The notes under the pieces are model-generated. The model was not told the origin of the DNA. It saw only the letters and a program-made list of their open reading frames with translations, and searched no databases. The position numbers were made by a program, and so were the translations under genes. Below are positions 8,606 through 17,498 of a stretch of DNA of 18,799 nucleotides, piece after piece. Each line of letters opens with the position of its first letter. The stretch's first letter is position 1. Source of the stretch: an uncultured Rhodothermales bacterium (GTDB lineage Bacteria; Bacteroidota; Rhodothermia; Rhodothermales; CAYLXM01); assembly GCA_964387555.1 (NCBI GenBank), contig CAYLXM010000058.1, forward strand, positions 1 through 18,799, in the 5' to 3' direction.

Positions 8606-9889
8606 TCAGGCGTTCTCGAAGGTCAGCGCCGTCTTGAAACGGGCATCGTTGAAAGCCACCAGACTGTGTCGTGTAGCGCGGAACAGGGTAAAGGCGAAGA
8701 ACACGCCCAGAAGTCCCAGGAAGAGGACGACGTCGAGCAGGTCGAGAGAGAAGCCGTGCCCGTGCCCGCCCGTCACCAGATCAAGATTGGGCAGGATGAC
8801 CCAGTAGAGATCGACGAAGTGAATGAAAAGGAACCAGATTGCCATAAACGTCATCCAGGGCCGAATGCGCTTTGCCACACGCGTGATGAGGCCGAAGAAG
8901 GGCAGGAAGAAGTGGCCGTAGATCAGCAAGGCCGTGATCAAACCCCAGGATCCTTCAAAACGATGGCGGAACCAGAGAGTCTCCTCAGGCAGATTGCCGT
9001 ACCAGATCAGCATGTACTGGCTGAAGGCGATGTAAGACCAGAAGACGGCAAAGGCAAACATGAATTTGCCGAGGTCATGGTAATGTTCCTGCGTGATTTC
9101 GTTGCCCAGTTTGCCGGTCCGCTGGACGAACTTGGCGAACAGGACGAGCGTCGCGAGAAACACGAAGAAGGCGCCCGAGAAAAAATAGACCCCGAAGATG
9201 GTCGAGAACCAGTGGGGATCGAGCGACATGAGCAGATCGAAGCCGGCGAATGCGGTCGTGACGGCGAAGAGCGGGATCCCGTAGGCACCCACCTTTCGCA
9301 GTTGCGCGGCGGTTTCCGCTCGCGGCGCTACATCCTGCAGAACGGACAGACGGTAGAGGCGCTGGGAGAGGAAGATCCATACGCCGAAATAGAGTACCAG
9401 GCGGACCAGAAAGAACGGGGTGTTCAGATAACTCGCCTTACCCGCCAGAATCGGGTCGTAGTCCGGACCGCCCACTTCGTAGAGTTCTGCGTGCGTCCAG
9501 TGGTAGAGATCGTGCATCCCGAAAACGATCGGCAAGGCGAGTACCGCAAGCAGGGGAAAACCCATCATGAGGAACTCGGCAAGGCGCCGAACCGTGCTGC
9601 TCCACATCGAGCGTGAGATATGCTGGATCAACACGAAAAAGAGGGCGCCGAGGGCGATCGTCAGGATAAAAGAGAAGCCCGTGAGGTAGGCGAAATAGAA
9701 GCGCGTCGAGAAGAGTCCGTATCCCTCGCCGACGGCGAGGCCGAGCACGAGGCCCACGACGAGCAATGCAATACCGGCGGTACCGGGTACGATCCAGGCG
9801 CGCGGGTCTACTTCGAGGCGGAAGGCATGGGGGACCTCACCGACTGTAGGACGGAGGGGATCGACGAAGAGGCGAATCAGGGCATTCAT
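8606..9889 (-). CDS. actF: Alternative Complex III subunit ActF (NrfD/PsrC-like polytopic membrane subunit).
   Basis: 427-aa, ~10-TM protein of the NrfD family, positioned after actE in the canonical actABCDEF order. ATG start at 9889. Confidence 0.85.
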   Translation of the reverse strand: MNALIRLFVDPLRPTVGEVPHAFRLEVDPRAWIVPGTAGIALLVVGLVLGLAVGEGYGLFSTRFYFAYLTGFSFILTIALGALFFVLIQHISRSMWSSTVRRLAEFLMMGFPLLAVLALPIVFGMHDLYHWTHAELYEVGGPDYDPILAGKASYLNTPFFLVRLVLYFGVWIFLSQRLYRLSVLQDVAPRAETAAQLRKVGAYGIPLFAVTTAFAGFDLLMSLDPHWFSTIFGVYFFSGAFFVFLATLVLFAKFVQRTGKLGNEITQEHYHDLGKFMFAFAVFWSYIAFSQYMLIWYGNLPEETLWFRHRFEGSWGLITALLIYGHFFLPFFGLITRVAKRIRPWMTFMAIWFLFIHFVDLYWVILPNLDLVTGGHGHGFSLDLLDVVLFLGLLGVFFAFTLFRATRHSLVAFNDARFKTALTFENA

Positions 9890-9920
9890 GAAGACTACCT
9901 AACCGTTGCGGGTCCCTCGT

Positions 9921-10553
9921 TTACTGTGAAATCCCCACGTTCGGGCTGCGATCAACCTCGGGGAGAATGTCGGCCGGAACGTCGTCGGCCGAGGCGTTCC
10001 GGCTGCGCTGGAGCGCGCGTACGTAGGAGACGACGGCCCAGCGGTCTTCCACGGAGATCTGGTATCCATAGGCCGGCATATTGCGCACGCCATAATGGAT
10101 TACCTCGTAGATGTACCCGTCTTCGACACCGCGAAGCCGGTCATCGTGGAAGGTGGGGGCAGGCACATAGCCGTAGTTGCCGGTCATGATGATCCCTCGC
10201 CCGTCGCCGGTGAGGCCGTGGCAGGGTGTACAGAATATATCGTACCGCTCACGGCCCCGTTCGAGAAGCGTCCTCGTGAGCGGCACGGGCATCGTCTGGA
10301 CGTATGATCCGTTGGGAGTTCGTCCATACGCGAGAGCGCTGTTTTCCCGGAGGAATCCGCGTGCAACGGTTCCGGGGACGAGCGGGCGCATGGCGCGGCC
10401 GTCTGCAAAGAACGGATTCCTCTCCTGGGCCTCGAATTTCTCCTGATAGTCCATGTTGAGATTCGGGTGCACAGGCGGCTTGTCGGAGGTCATGCCGCGG
10501 CAGCCCGACAGAACCGGGAGCGCCAAAAGCAGGGCGATCGTAAGGTGCTTCAT
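9921..10553 (-). CDS. actE: Alternative Complex III subunit ActE (mono-heme cytochrome c lipoprotein).
   Basis: MKHLTIALLLALPVLSGC lipoprotein signal (lipobox LSGC). Single CXXCH (YDIFCTPCHGLTGDG). The size of 210 aa and position between actD and actF fit. Confidence 0.88.
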   Translation of the reverse strand: MKHLTIALLLALPVLSGCRGMTSDKPPVHPNLNMDYQEKFEAQERNPFFADGRAMRPLVPGTVARGFLRENSALAYGRTPNGSYVQTMPVPLTRTLLERGRERYDIFCTPCHGLTGDGRGIIMTGNYGYVPAPTFHDDRLRGVEDGYIYEVIHYGVRNMPAYGYQISVEDRWAVVSYVRALQRSRNASADDVPADILPEVDRSPNVGISQ

Positions 10554-10597
10554 GAGGATGCTTGGTCGTTCCGGAGCAGTGTCCTGGCCTGGACGGC

Positions 10598-11191
10598 CTA
10601 CGCGGCGTGTTCGAGGTCTTCGACGATCTCCACGTGGGTGGCGCCGAGTTGTTCGAGCAGCGTGCGGGTCTTTTCCGGGTCGAAACGCGGGTCTCGGGCT
10701 TCGACGTGGAGGAAGAAGGCGTCATCACTGACGGCCGCGAAGCGCTCGGAATTAAAAAGAGGATTGTGGGGCCGGGGCAGGCGGTTCAGGGCGAACATAC
10801 CAAACACCGCCGTGAGCGCCGAGAACAGCACCATCACTTCGAATATGACGGGCAGCGAAGGCTCGATCGAGAAGAACGGCTTTCCGCTGATGAGGAGCGG
10901 ATAGTCCACCGCCCCCATCCACCACTGCATCAGCGTGGCGGCCCCGACGCCGGCCAGGCCTGCGCCGAAAACAAAATATCCGAGGATCGATTGTCCGAGT
11001 CCCATCGCGCGGTCCATGCCGTGGATCGGGAACGGGCTATGCGCATCAAAAAAGCGGTACCCCTCCTTGCGGACTTCCCGGGCCGCCTCGACGAGCGCCA
11101 GTGGATCGCGGAACTCACCGAGCATCCCGTGGGTGCGCCCTTCGTGCGATGCGGATGGGGCGCCCCGCTGCGTGCGGACTTTGCCTGCCAT
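10598..11191 (-). CDS. actD: Alternative Complex III subunit ActD (DUF3341 membrane protein).
   Basis: 197 aa with a central two-helix hydrophobic region (ILGYFVFGAGLAGVGAATLMQWWMGAVDYPLLISGKPFF...VIFEVMVLFSALTAVFGMFAL). Position between actC and actE. Confidence 0.82.
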   Translation of the reverse strand: MAGKVRTQRGAPSASHEGRTHGMLGEFRDPLALVEAAREVRKEGYRFFDAHSPFPIHGMDRAMGLGQSILGYFVFGAGLAGVGAATLMQWWMGAVDYPLLISGKPFFSIEPSLPVIFEVMVLFSALTAVFGMFALNRLPRPHNPLFNSERFAAVSDDAFFLHVEARDPRFDPEKTRTLLEQLGATHVEIVEDLEHAA

Positions 11192-11237
11192 AGGGTCTTG
11201 GAAGATCTAGAAATCCCGGCGCGAGGCGGGAGTCTGG

Positions 11238-12698
11238 TTACTTGATCTGGTCTGCACGAGACGCCATCGACGGAACGGCCTCCGCCGAATGCCCGTCGCC
11301 GTGTGCTTCGTAGTAATGCGGATCGGCCTGAGGCAGAACCGCTTTGACCTCAGCCATGGCTACCATCGGAACAAACCGTAGAAACAGCAGGAACAGCGTA
11401 AAAAAGAGGCCGAAACTGCCGATGAACGTCGTGATATCGACGATGGTCGGCGTGTAATAATCCCAACTCGAGGGCAGATAATCACGGTGAAGCGAGATCA
11501 CGGTGATGACGAAGCGCTCGAACCACATCCCGATGTTCACCACAATCGAGAGCGTGAACATCACCGGAATCGAGCGCCTCATCTTCTTGAACCAGAAGAT
11601 CTGGGGCGAGATGAGGTTACAGGCCATCATCGTCCAGTAGGCCCAGGCGTACGGGCCGAAGGCCCGATTCAGGAATGCGTATTGTTCATACTCTACGCCG
11701 GAGTACCAGGCGATGAAGAACTCCGTGATGTAGGCGAAGCCGACCATCGTGCCGGTCACCAGGATGATGATGTTCATCTTCTCCAGGTGATTCAGCGTGA
11801 TGAGATCCTCCAGCCGGTAGACTTTCCGCGCGATCACCATGAGGCTGACGACCATCGCGAAACCGGAGAAAATGGCGCCGGCCACGAAGTAGGGCGGGAA
11901 GATGGTCGTATGCCAGCCCGGTACGATGGAGATGGCAAAGTCGAAAGAGACGACCGAGTGAACGGAGAGGACGAGCGGCGTGGCCAGGCCGGCGAGGATG
12001 AGATACGCGCGCTCGTAGTGCCGCCAGTGCCGGTTCGCTCCGGTCCACCCCATGGCTAGCGCACCATAGACGACCTGGCGGACGCGGGTGCGCGCGCGAT
12101 CGCGCATCGTGGCCCAGTCGGGGATGAGGCCGACGTACCAGAAAAGCAGGGAAACGGTACCGTAGATCGAGACGGCGAAGACGTCCCAGAGCAGCGGGCT
12201 CTTGAACTGGGGCCACATCAGCATCTGGTTCGGCAGGGGAAGCATCCAGTAGATCACCCAGACGCGGCCGATGTGGAAGGTCGGGAAGAGCAGGGCACAG
12301 GCGACGGCGAACAGGGTCATCGCCTCCGCCGACCGGTTGATGGAGGTCCGCCAGCGCTGGCGGAAGAGAAAGAGGATGGCCGAGATGAGCGTGCCGGCGT
12401 GGCCGATGCCCACCCAGAACACGAAGTTGACGATGGGAAAGGCCCAACCGACGGGGTTGTTGTTGCCCCAGACCCCGACCCCGTTGTAGACCTGGTAGCC
12501 GATGAGCGTCAGCAGGGAAAGGAGCCCCAGCGCCGCCAGTCCAAAGAACGGATACCAGATGGTCGGCGGACGCTTTTCGGCATGGGTCGCCACGATCTGC
12601 GTGATGTCGTGAAACGACTTATGGCCCGCGACGAGCGCCTCCTCGCTTTCGGCAATGAAGGAGAGGTCGCCTTCGTATGGTTTCGTCGATGCTGCCAT
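11238..12698 (-). CDS. actC: Alternative Complex III subunit ActC (NrfD/PsrC-like quinol-interacting membrane subunit).
   Basis: Polytopic NrfD-family protein. The ORF track gives 11238..12812, but its TTG start lies inside actB. The ATG at 12698 ([14 protein letters not shown]...) sits 65 nt after the actB stop and is preferred. Confidence 0.85.
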   Translation of the reverse strand: MAASTKPYEGDLSFIAESEEALVAGHKSFHDITQIVATHAEKRPPTIWYPFFGLAALGLLSLLTLIGYQVYNGVGVWGNNNPVGWAFPIVNFVFWVGIGHAGTLISAILFLFRQRWRTSINRSAEAMTLFAVACALLFPTFHIGRVWVIYWMLPLPNQMLMWPQFKSPLLWDVFAVSIYGTVSLLFWYVGLIPDWATMRDRARTRVRQVVYGALAMGWTGANRHWRHYERAYLILAGLATPLVLSVHSVVSFDFAISIVPGWHTTIFPPYFVAGAIFSGFAMVVSLMVIARKVYRLEDLITLNHLEKMNIIILVTGTMVGFAYITEFFIAWYSGVEYEQYAFLNRAFGPYAWAYWTMMACNLISPQIFWFKKMRRSIPVMFTLSIVVNIGMWFERFVITVISLHRDYLPSSWDYYTPTIVDITTFIGSFGLFFTLFLLFLRFVPMVAMAEVKAVLPQADPHYYEAHGDGHSAEAVPSMASRADQIK

Positions 12699-12762
12699 GT
12701 AGGTCTGGGAACTTGCGGGAAGCGGCCGGCCCGCGAAACGGGCCGCAGAGTCGCTATCCGGG

Positions 12763-15700
12763 TCAGGCGTTTGCGTTTTCGAGGGCCGGGTTGGGATTGC
12801 GCAGCCGCGCAAGGTAAGTCGTCCGCGGCTTCACATTGAGTTCAGGGAGCAGCGCGTAGTTGCGGTCGTTCTGCTTCACGACGGACACACGCGAAGCCGG
12901 ATCGGCCACGTCGCCGAACGTGATGGCCTGCGCCGGACATGCCTGCTGGCAGGCGGTCTGCACGTCGCCGTCCACCATCTCCTTACCGGCATTGCGCGCC
13001 TCGATTCCCGCTTCGCGGACCCGCTGGACGCAGAACTGGCACTTCTCCATCACGCCGCGGAAGCGGACCGTGACGTTCGGATTCTGTGCCATGTGAACCG
13101 AAAGCGGCATGTCCACGGTCCAGTTGAAGTAGTTGAACCGCCGCACTTTGTACGGGCAGTTGTTTGCGCAGTAGCGCGTGCCGATGCAGCGGTTGTAGAC
13201 CATCTCGTTCACTCCGTCGGGGGAGTGGACGGTTGCGGCGACGGGACATACGGACTCGCACGGGGCGTCCTCGCAGTGCTGGCACATCACCGGTTGGGTC
13301 ACCATCCCGGGATTGTCCGGATCGTCGCCGACGAAGTAGCGGTCGATTCGCATCCAGGACATTTCACGGCCCCGGGAGACCTGCTCTTTGCCGACGACGG
13401 GAATGTTGTTCTCGCTCTGGCAGGCCACCGCACACGCGTTACAGCCGATGCACGTGTTCAGGTCGATGGCCATCCCCCACTGCCGGTGCACGTAGAGATT
13501 TTCCGTAACCGACTTGTCCGCGCGCGGATCCTGGTCTTCCCAGAGGGCCGGATACTCGTCCCATGGCTCCTGGCCGGCAAGCGGCGGCACCATGTCGGGT
13601 GCGAAGGTCGGATGGGCCCGGTAGGTTTCGAGCGTGCCCATTCGGACGATGGCACGACCCTCCATGGAAGGATGGTCCTGCGTGCTGGCGATCAGGTAGG
13701 TCTTGCCGCTGTTCGCGATCGAAGCGCCCTGGACGATCCTGCCTGCCGAGGCATCGCGCAGGGCAAGGATGTTCGCGCCGACGCCGTTGCCGAGCGGTTC
13801 ACGCTTCATGTTGTAGACATCCGCGTCCACCTCCCAGAAGGGGACGGAGCGGAAGGAGCGATCCGTCCCGATGGAGCGGCCATAGCCCATCGCAACGGTA
13901 ATTGCACCGTCGGCGTGCCCGGGCACCTCCCAAACCGGAAGTTGGATCGTACGGTCTCCCACAGTGACGTCGATCAGGCTCGCCTGATGGTTGGCCTTGA
14001 CCAGACTCCAGGAGAGGCCCAGGGATTCGCGCGTGGCCCGGCTCATCATGGCCACGTTGTCCCAGGTGACCTTGGTGATCGTGTCGGGCGTTTCCTGCAT
14101 CCACGCGTTGTTCGCGAACGTGCCGTCGTAGACTTTGTCGTCGACGACGATCTGCAGGTCGATTGAATCGGCGCCAGAGGGGGCAAGCTGGGCAGCCAGT
14201 TCACCAAGCGGGACAGGGCCCGGGGGCGTCACCGGCGGGAAGCCTGTGTCGGCGATAAATCCGTCGTGCAGCGCCCTGCGCCAGCCCAACTCGAAATCTC
14301 CGGCCATCCGGGGGCTGATGGTCTCGCGGACGAGGTCGTAGCCCGTCCGATTGGCTCCGGTCGCCACCGCGTGGAGCACTTCGATCGCCGATTTCGAATC
14401 GTACAGGGGCGCGATCAGCGGTTGGATCACCGAGAGCGTGCCGTCGAATGCCCGTCCGTCGCCCCAGGCCTCGAGGTACATCGAGGCCGGGATGTGCCAG
14501 TGTGCGGCGGCTGCCGTCTCGTCCCGCCAGGATCCGAGGTGGATCACCGTCTCCACGGTCGCCACGGCGGCGGTGAACGCCGCATTGCCGGGAGAAGCGT
14601 ACATCGGGTTCGTGCCCAGGCAGAGGAGCACATCCACGTTGCCGCTTTGCATGGCCAGGACGAGATCCGAAAGCACCTCCGCCTGTGGCGTGAGGGGGTC
14701 CTCGCCCGTGTCGAGATAATCGACCGTCACCCCCACGTGCCCCAACTGGTGGTTAAGCGTTGCGCACAGGGCATGCAAGGCGGCGGGCTGGGTCGGTCCG
14801 GCAACGAAGAGGGCGCGGCCCGGGTGGGCACGCACGTCGTCCACGATGGCGGATACCCACGGATGGTCTGCAAAGGCGGAGCCGGCGGCTTCCGTCTCTG
14901 GAAGGCCAAGCCGTGCCGCTACGGCGGCGGCAAAGGCGGCGATGTCCCCCGCCTTGATGCGCAGGCGGTGATCGGCCATCCCGCCCGTCGTCGTGTAGGC
15001 ACTCTCGACCACGTAGAGACGGCTCATCTCGTCGGTGGGGCTCATCACCCTTCGACCCTCGGCGTACGACCGGGTGTCCTCGAGGAAGCTCGGATTGCTC
15101 GCGCTGAGGAACGGAGCGTCAAAGCCGACGATGACCCGTGCTTCCGCGAAACGGTTCAGCACCCGCAAGGGGCGGCCAAAGGCGTGCTGGACGCCGACGG
15201 GGGCCGCGTCTCCTTCGGCCGGATCGAAGGGCACCCAGCGCAATTCGGGAAAACGCGAGGCCAGTTGTCCTCGCAGGCGCTGCACGGTCGGGGAGGAGTC
15301 GGAAGGGGCGACGACGGCAAGCCGGGTTTGCGGGCCCAGCGTGCGCGAAAAATCGAGGAAGGCGTCCCAGGAGGCCTCGTTCCCGTTGTGGAGAATCCGT
15401 CTGGATCGATCCGGGTCGTAGAGATTCAGGACGGAGGCCTGGGCATACCCGCTCGTGCCGGAACCGGCGGACGGGTGTTCGGGATTGGGCTCAACCTTGG
15501 TGGGTCGACCCTCGTGGCTCTCGACAAGGAGGGGCTGGAGGACGCCTGCGAAGGGGAAGCCGGTCGCAAAAAACAACGGCTTGCCAGGGATCACTTCCTC
15601 CGGCTTGCGGCTGTAGGGCAGAATCTGCTCGACCGGGCGTCTGCAGGCGGCCAGACCGCCGAGCGCCATGGATGCCCCCATGATCTTGAGGAAATCGCGG

Positions 15701-15909
15701 CGGTTCGATGCGGTGGGGGGAGCCGCCGCCTCCGGGGCAAATTCCCCCGCATTGAGGCGTTGAAACGCGTGCGTCCGCTCCAGGTGCTCGCGGCTGCGCC
15801 AGGCCTTGACCTCGCCGGGCATGGAGGCCCGTGCCGCAGCCGAATCGAGAATGGGAAGATCGATCATGTCGTGCGAAAGAGTAATCGTAGGATCCTCGTG
15901 GGACACCAT
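12763..15909 (-). CDS. actB: Alternative Complex III subunit ActB: fused molybdopterin-oxidoreductase-like domain (B1) plus four-cluster Fe-S domain (B2), with a twin-arginine motif.
   Basis: [20 protein letters not shown] (Tat motif). C-terminal Cys clusters [43 protein letters not shown] and CQFCVQRV (PsrB/NrfC-like). 1048 aa, typical for fused ActB. Confidence 0.92.
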   Translation of the reverse strand: MVSHEDPTITLSHDMIDLPILDSAAARASMPGEVKAWRSREHLERTHAFQRLNAGEFAPEAAAPPTASNRRDFLKIMGASMALGGLAACRRPVEQILPYSRKPEEVIPGKPLFFATGFPFAGVLQPLLVESHEGRPTKVEPNPEHPSAGSGTSGYAQASVLNLYDPDRSRRILHNGNEASWDAFLDFSRTLGPQTRLAVVAPSDSSPTVQRLRGQLASRFPELRWVPFDPAEGDAAPVGVQHAFGRPLRVLNRFAEARVIVGFDAPFLSASNPSFLEDTRSYAEGRRVMSPTDEMSRLYVVESAYTTTGGMADHRLRIKAGDIAAFAAAVAARLGLPETEAAGSAFADHPWVSAIVDDVRAHPGRALFVAGPTQPAALHALCATLNHQLGHVGVTVDYLDTGEDPLTPQAEVLSDLVLAMQSGNVDVLLCLGTNPMYASPGNAAFTAAVATVETVIHLGSWRDETAAAAHWHIPASMYLEAWGDGRAFDGTLSVIQPLIAPLYDSKSAIEVLHAVATGANRTGYDLVRETISPRMAGDFELGWRRALHDGFIADTGFPPVTPPGPVPLGELAAQLAPSGADSIDLQIVVDDKVYDGTFANNAWMQETPDTITKVTWDNVAMMSRATRESLGLSWSLVKANHQASLIDVTVGDRTIQLPVWEVPGHADGAITVAMGYGRSIGTDRSFRSVPFWEVDADVYNMKREPLGNGVGANILALRDASAGRIVQGASIANSGKTYLIASTQDHPSMEGRAIVRMGTLETYRAHPTFAPDMVPPLAGQEPWDEYPALWEDQDPRADKSVTENLYVHRQWGMAIDLNTCIGCNACAVACQSENNIPVVGKEQVSRGREMSWMRIDRYFVGDDPDNPGMVTQPVMCQHCEDAPCESVCPVAATVHSPDGVNEMVYNRCIGTRYCANNCPYKVRRFNYFNWTVDMPLSVHMAQNPNVTVRFRGVMEKCQFCVQRVREAGIEARNAGKEMVDGDVQTACQQACPAQAITFGDVADPASRVSVVKQNDRNYALLPELNVKPRTTYLARLRNPNPALENANA

Positions 15910-15921
15910 AGACTGGACGGA

Positions 15922-16569
15922 CTAGTAGTGACAGGCAGAACAGTTCTCGGGGGGACGAATGCCCTCCCGGAGAATCCGCTCGCGGTTCCGCTCGAGGTAG
16001 CCGGCGGGCTGCTCATAGCCCATCGTCGTCACCTCCGACGGCGGCCGGAGATGCTGCTCGGGTGCACGATGACAGTCCAGACACCATCCCATGGAGAGCG
16101 GCTGCACCTGGCTTACAACGACCATCTGGTCGACGCGCCCATGGCAGGTTTCGCATCCCACTCCGGCCCGCACATGCGCGCTGTGGTTGAAGTGCGCGTA
16201 GTCCGCTAGATGGTGCACCTTGACCCAGGGAACGGGTGTATCGGTTGCCCAGCTTTCCCGGACCGGGAGGAGTTTCAGCGACTCGGTCCGGATTTGACTG
16301 TGGCAGTTCATGCAGGTCTGCGTCGAAGGAATATTCGAGTGCGCGGCGGCCTCCACATAGCTATGGCAATACCGGCAGTCCATCCCCAGCTGGCCGACGT
16401 GCAGGGCGTGGCTGTACGGAACAGGCTGCTCGGGGGCATAGCCTACGTCCGTGTACGTGGGCGAGAAGTAATACCAGATGAACGCAACCGCAAACACGCC
16501 GCCACCCAGGGCGCCCACCAGGGTGAGCAGCGGCAAACGGTTCGCTCGCTTGGAGAATATCTGCGGCAT
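15922..16569 (-). CDS. actA: Alternative Complex III subunit ActA (membrane-anchored pentaheme cytochrome c, NrfB-like).
   Basis: Five CXXCH motifs (CRYCH, CMNCH, CETCH, CLDCH, CSACH). The ORF track extends to a GTG at 16665. The ATG at 16569 (MPQIFSKRANRLPLLTLVGALGGGVFAVAFIWYYF, an N-terminal TM anchor) is preferred. Confidence 0.88.
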   Translation of the reverse strand: MPQIFSKRANRLPLLTLVGALGGGVFAVAFIWYYFSPTYTDVGYAPEQPVPYSHALHVGQLGMDCRYCHSYVEAAAHSNIPSTQTCMNCHSQIRTESLKLLPVRESWATDTPVPWVKVHHLADYAHFNHSAHVRAGVGCETCHGRVDQMVVVSQVQPLSMGWCLDCHRAPEQHLRPPSEVTTMGYEQPAGYLERNRERILREGIRPPENCSACHY

Positions 16570-16855
16570 GGACCTGAGAGAACGCGAAGACGCAGGATAG
16601 GAGAGTGGAATCGATAACGACGGTGCCCGTGGTTGAGCGGACACAATCTGGGCCCCAAGATACACATCCGCGTTTTCGGGAGGGCATAGGATTTTCGGGT
16701 TTTCATTTCATATTGAAAACGGAGCGATTTCCTCGTGGAGGGGTCGTGGAGCGCGGGGAGCGAGCGAGTAGGGTGTATCTTGTCCTCTCGAATTCCGTAT
16801 ATAGAGGGGATAGCCGGGCTGCGAGCGCGGAGCGTTCACATCAGGAGAACACGCC
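16570..16855. promoter_or_regulatory. Divergent promoter region between the actA operon (minus) and nfeD-flotillin (plus). Contains a perfect palindrome GTTTTCA-N8-TGAAAAC (approx. 16699-16720) and two TTTTCGGG direct repeats 20 bp apart (approx. 16673-16680 and 16693-16700).
   Basis: Read directly from the sequence. It is a locally AT-rich segment in a GC-rich genome and sits ~130 bp upstream of the actA ATG. TATATAGAGG and AGGAG lie upstream of the nfeD ATG. Confidence 0.45.
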
Positions 16856-17458
16856 ATGGATGCCGTCTACCTCATCTGCCTGATCGTGGGAGGCTTTTTC
16901 GTTGCCCTGTCCATCTTTGGAGGCGGGGATCATGACGGCGGCGGCGACGCCGATGCGGGCGGCGATATGGCCCTCGACGCGCATGTCGACGTGGATGCCG
17001 CCGACGCGTCCGGCGACCTGGAGTTGACGGCCCACGAAATCGGAGCCGGTCCCGGGTTGGTCGACCTGTTCAGTTTGCGAACGATTTTCCTTTTTGCGGC
17101 TTTCTTCGGGCTGACGGGTGTGCTGCTGGAATGGGTCGGGACCGAGGAGCCTTTCCGATTCCTCATGTCGCTCGGGATGGGGATCATTACCGGTCTGGGC
17201 GGCACCTACGTCATCAAGCGCATCGGCTACCAGAATGTCTCCAGCGACATCACGGCGGACGATTTGATCGGAAAGACGGCAAGAGTGACCATCCCCATCG
17301 AGGGGGAAGGCAAGGGCAAGGTCAGCCTTAACGCGAAGGATACCCATATGCACCTCATCGCACAGGCGTTCGACGACGAGTCGCGGTTCGCCGTTGGCGA
17401 CGAAGTGGTGGTAGTCAGCATGGAAGGCCACACGGCCAAGGTCATCAAGCCCGACTAA
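16856..17458 (+). CDS. NfeD-like membrane protein (short form, YuaF-like) with a C-terminal OB-fold domain; partner of flotillin/SPFH proteins.
   Basis: Two TM segments (LICLIVGGFFVALSIFGG; IFLFAAFFGLTGVLLEW...GMGIITGLGG). The C-terminus IGKTARVTIPIEGEGKGKVSLNAKDTHMHLIAQAFDDESRFAVGDEVVVVSMEGHTAKV is the NfeD beta-barrel pattern. It lies immediately upstream of the flotillin gene. Confidence 0.72.
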   Translation: MDAVYLICLIVGGFFVALSIFGGGDHDGGGDADAGGDMALDAHVDVDAADASGDLELTAHEIGAGPGLVDLFSLRTIFLFAAFFGLTGVLLEWVGTEEPFRFLMSLGMGIITGLGGTYVIKRIGYQNVSSDITADDLIGKTARVTIPIEGEGKGKVSLNAKDTHMHLIAQAFDDESRFAVGDEVVVVSMEGHTAKVIKPD

Positions 17459-17498
17459 TACAAGAACCTATCAGAATCACCAATCGGAGTCATCGGAC

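Noticed and set aside
14266-16209. 647-aa plus-strand ORF, plus other long ORFs antisense to the act/cox genes (8189..9616 +, 13093..14166 +, 6517..7662 +, 7536..8354 +, 2508..3272 +, 17490..18461 -).
   Set aside because: They lie opposite genes with unambiguous homology (ActB/ActA, ActF, cox II, SCO, MetF, flotillin). Their translations are Arg/Gly/Pro-rich low-complexity sequence typical of antisense frames in high-GC DNA, with no recognisable domains.
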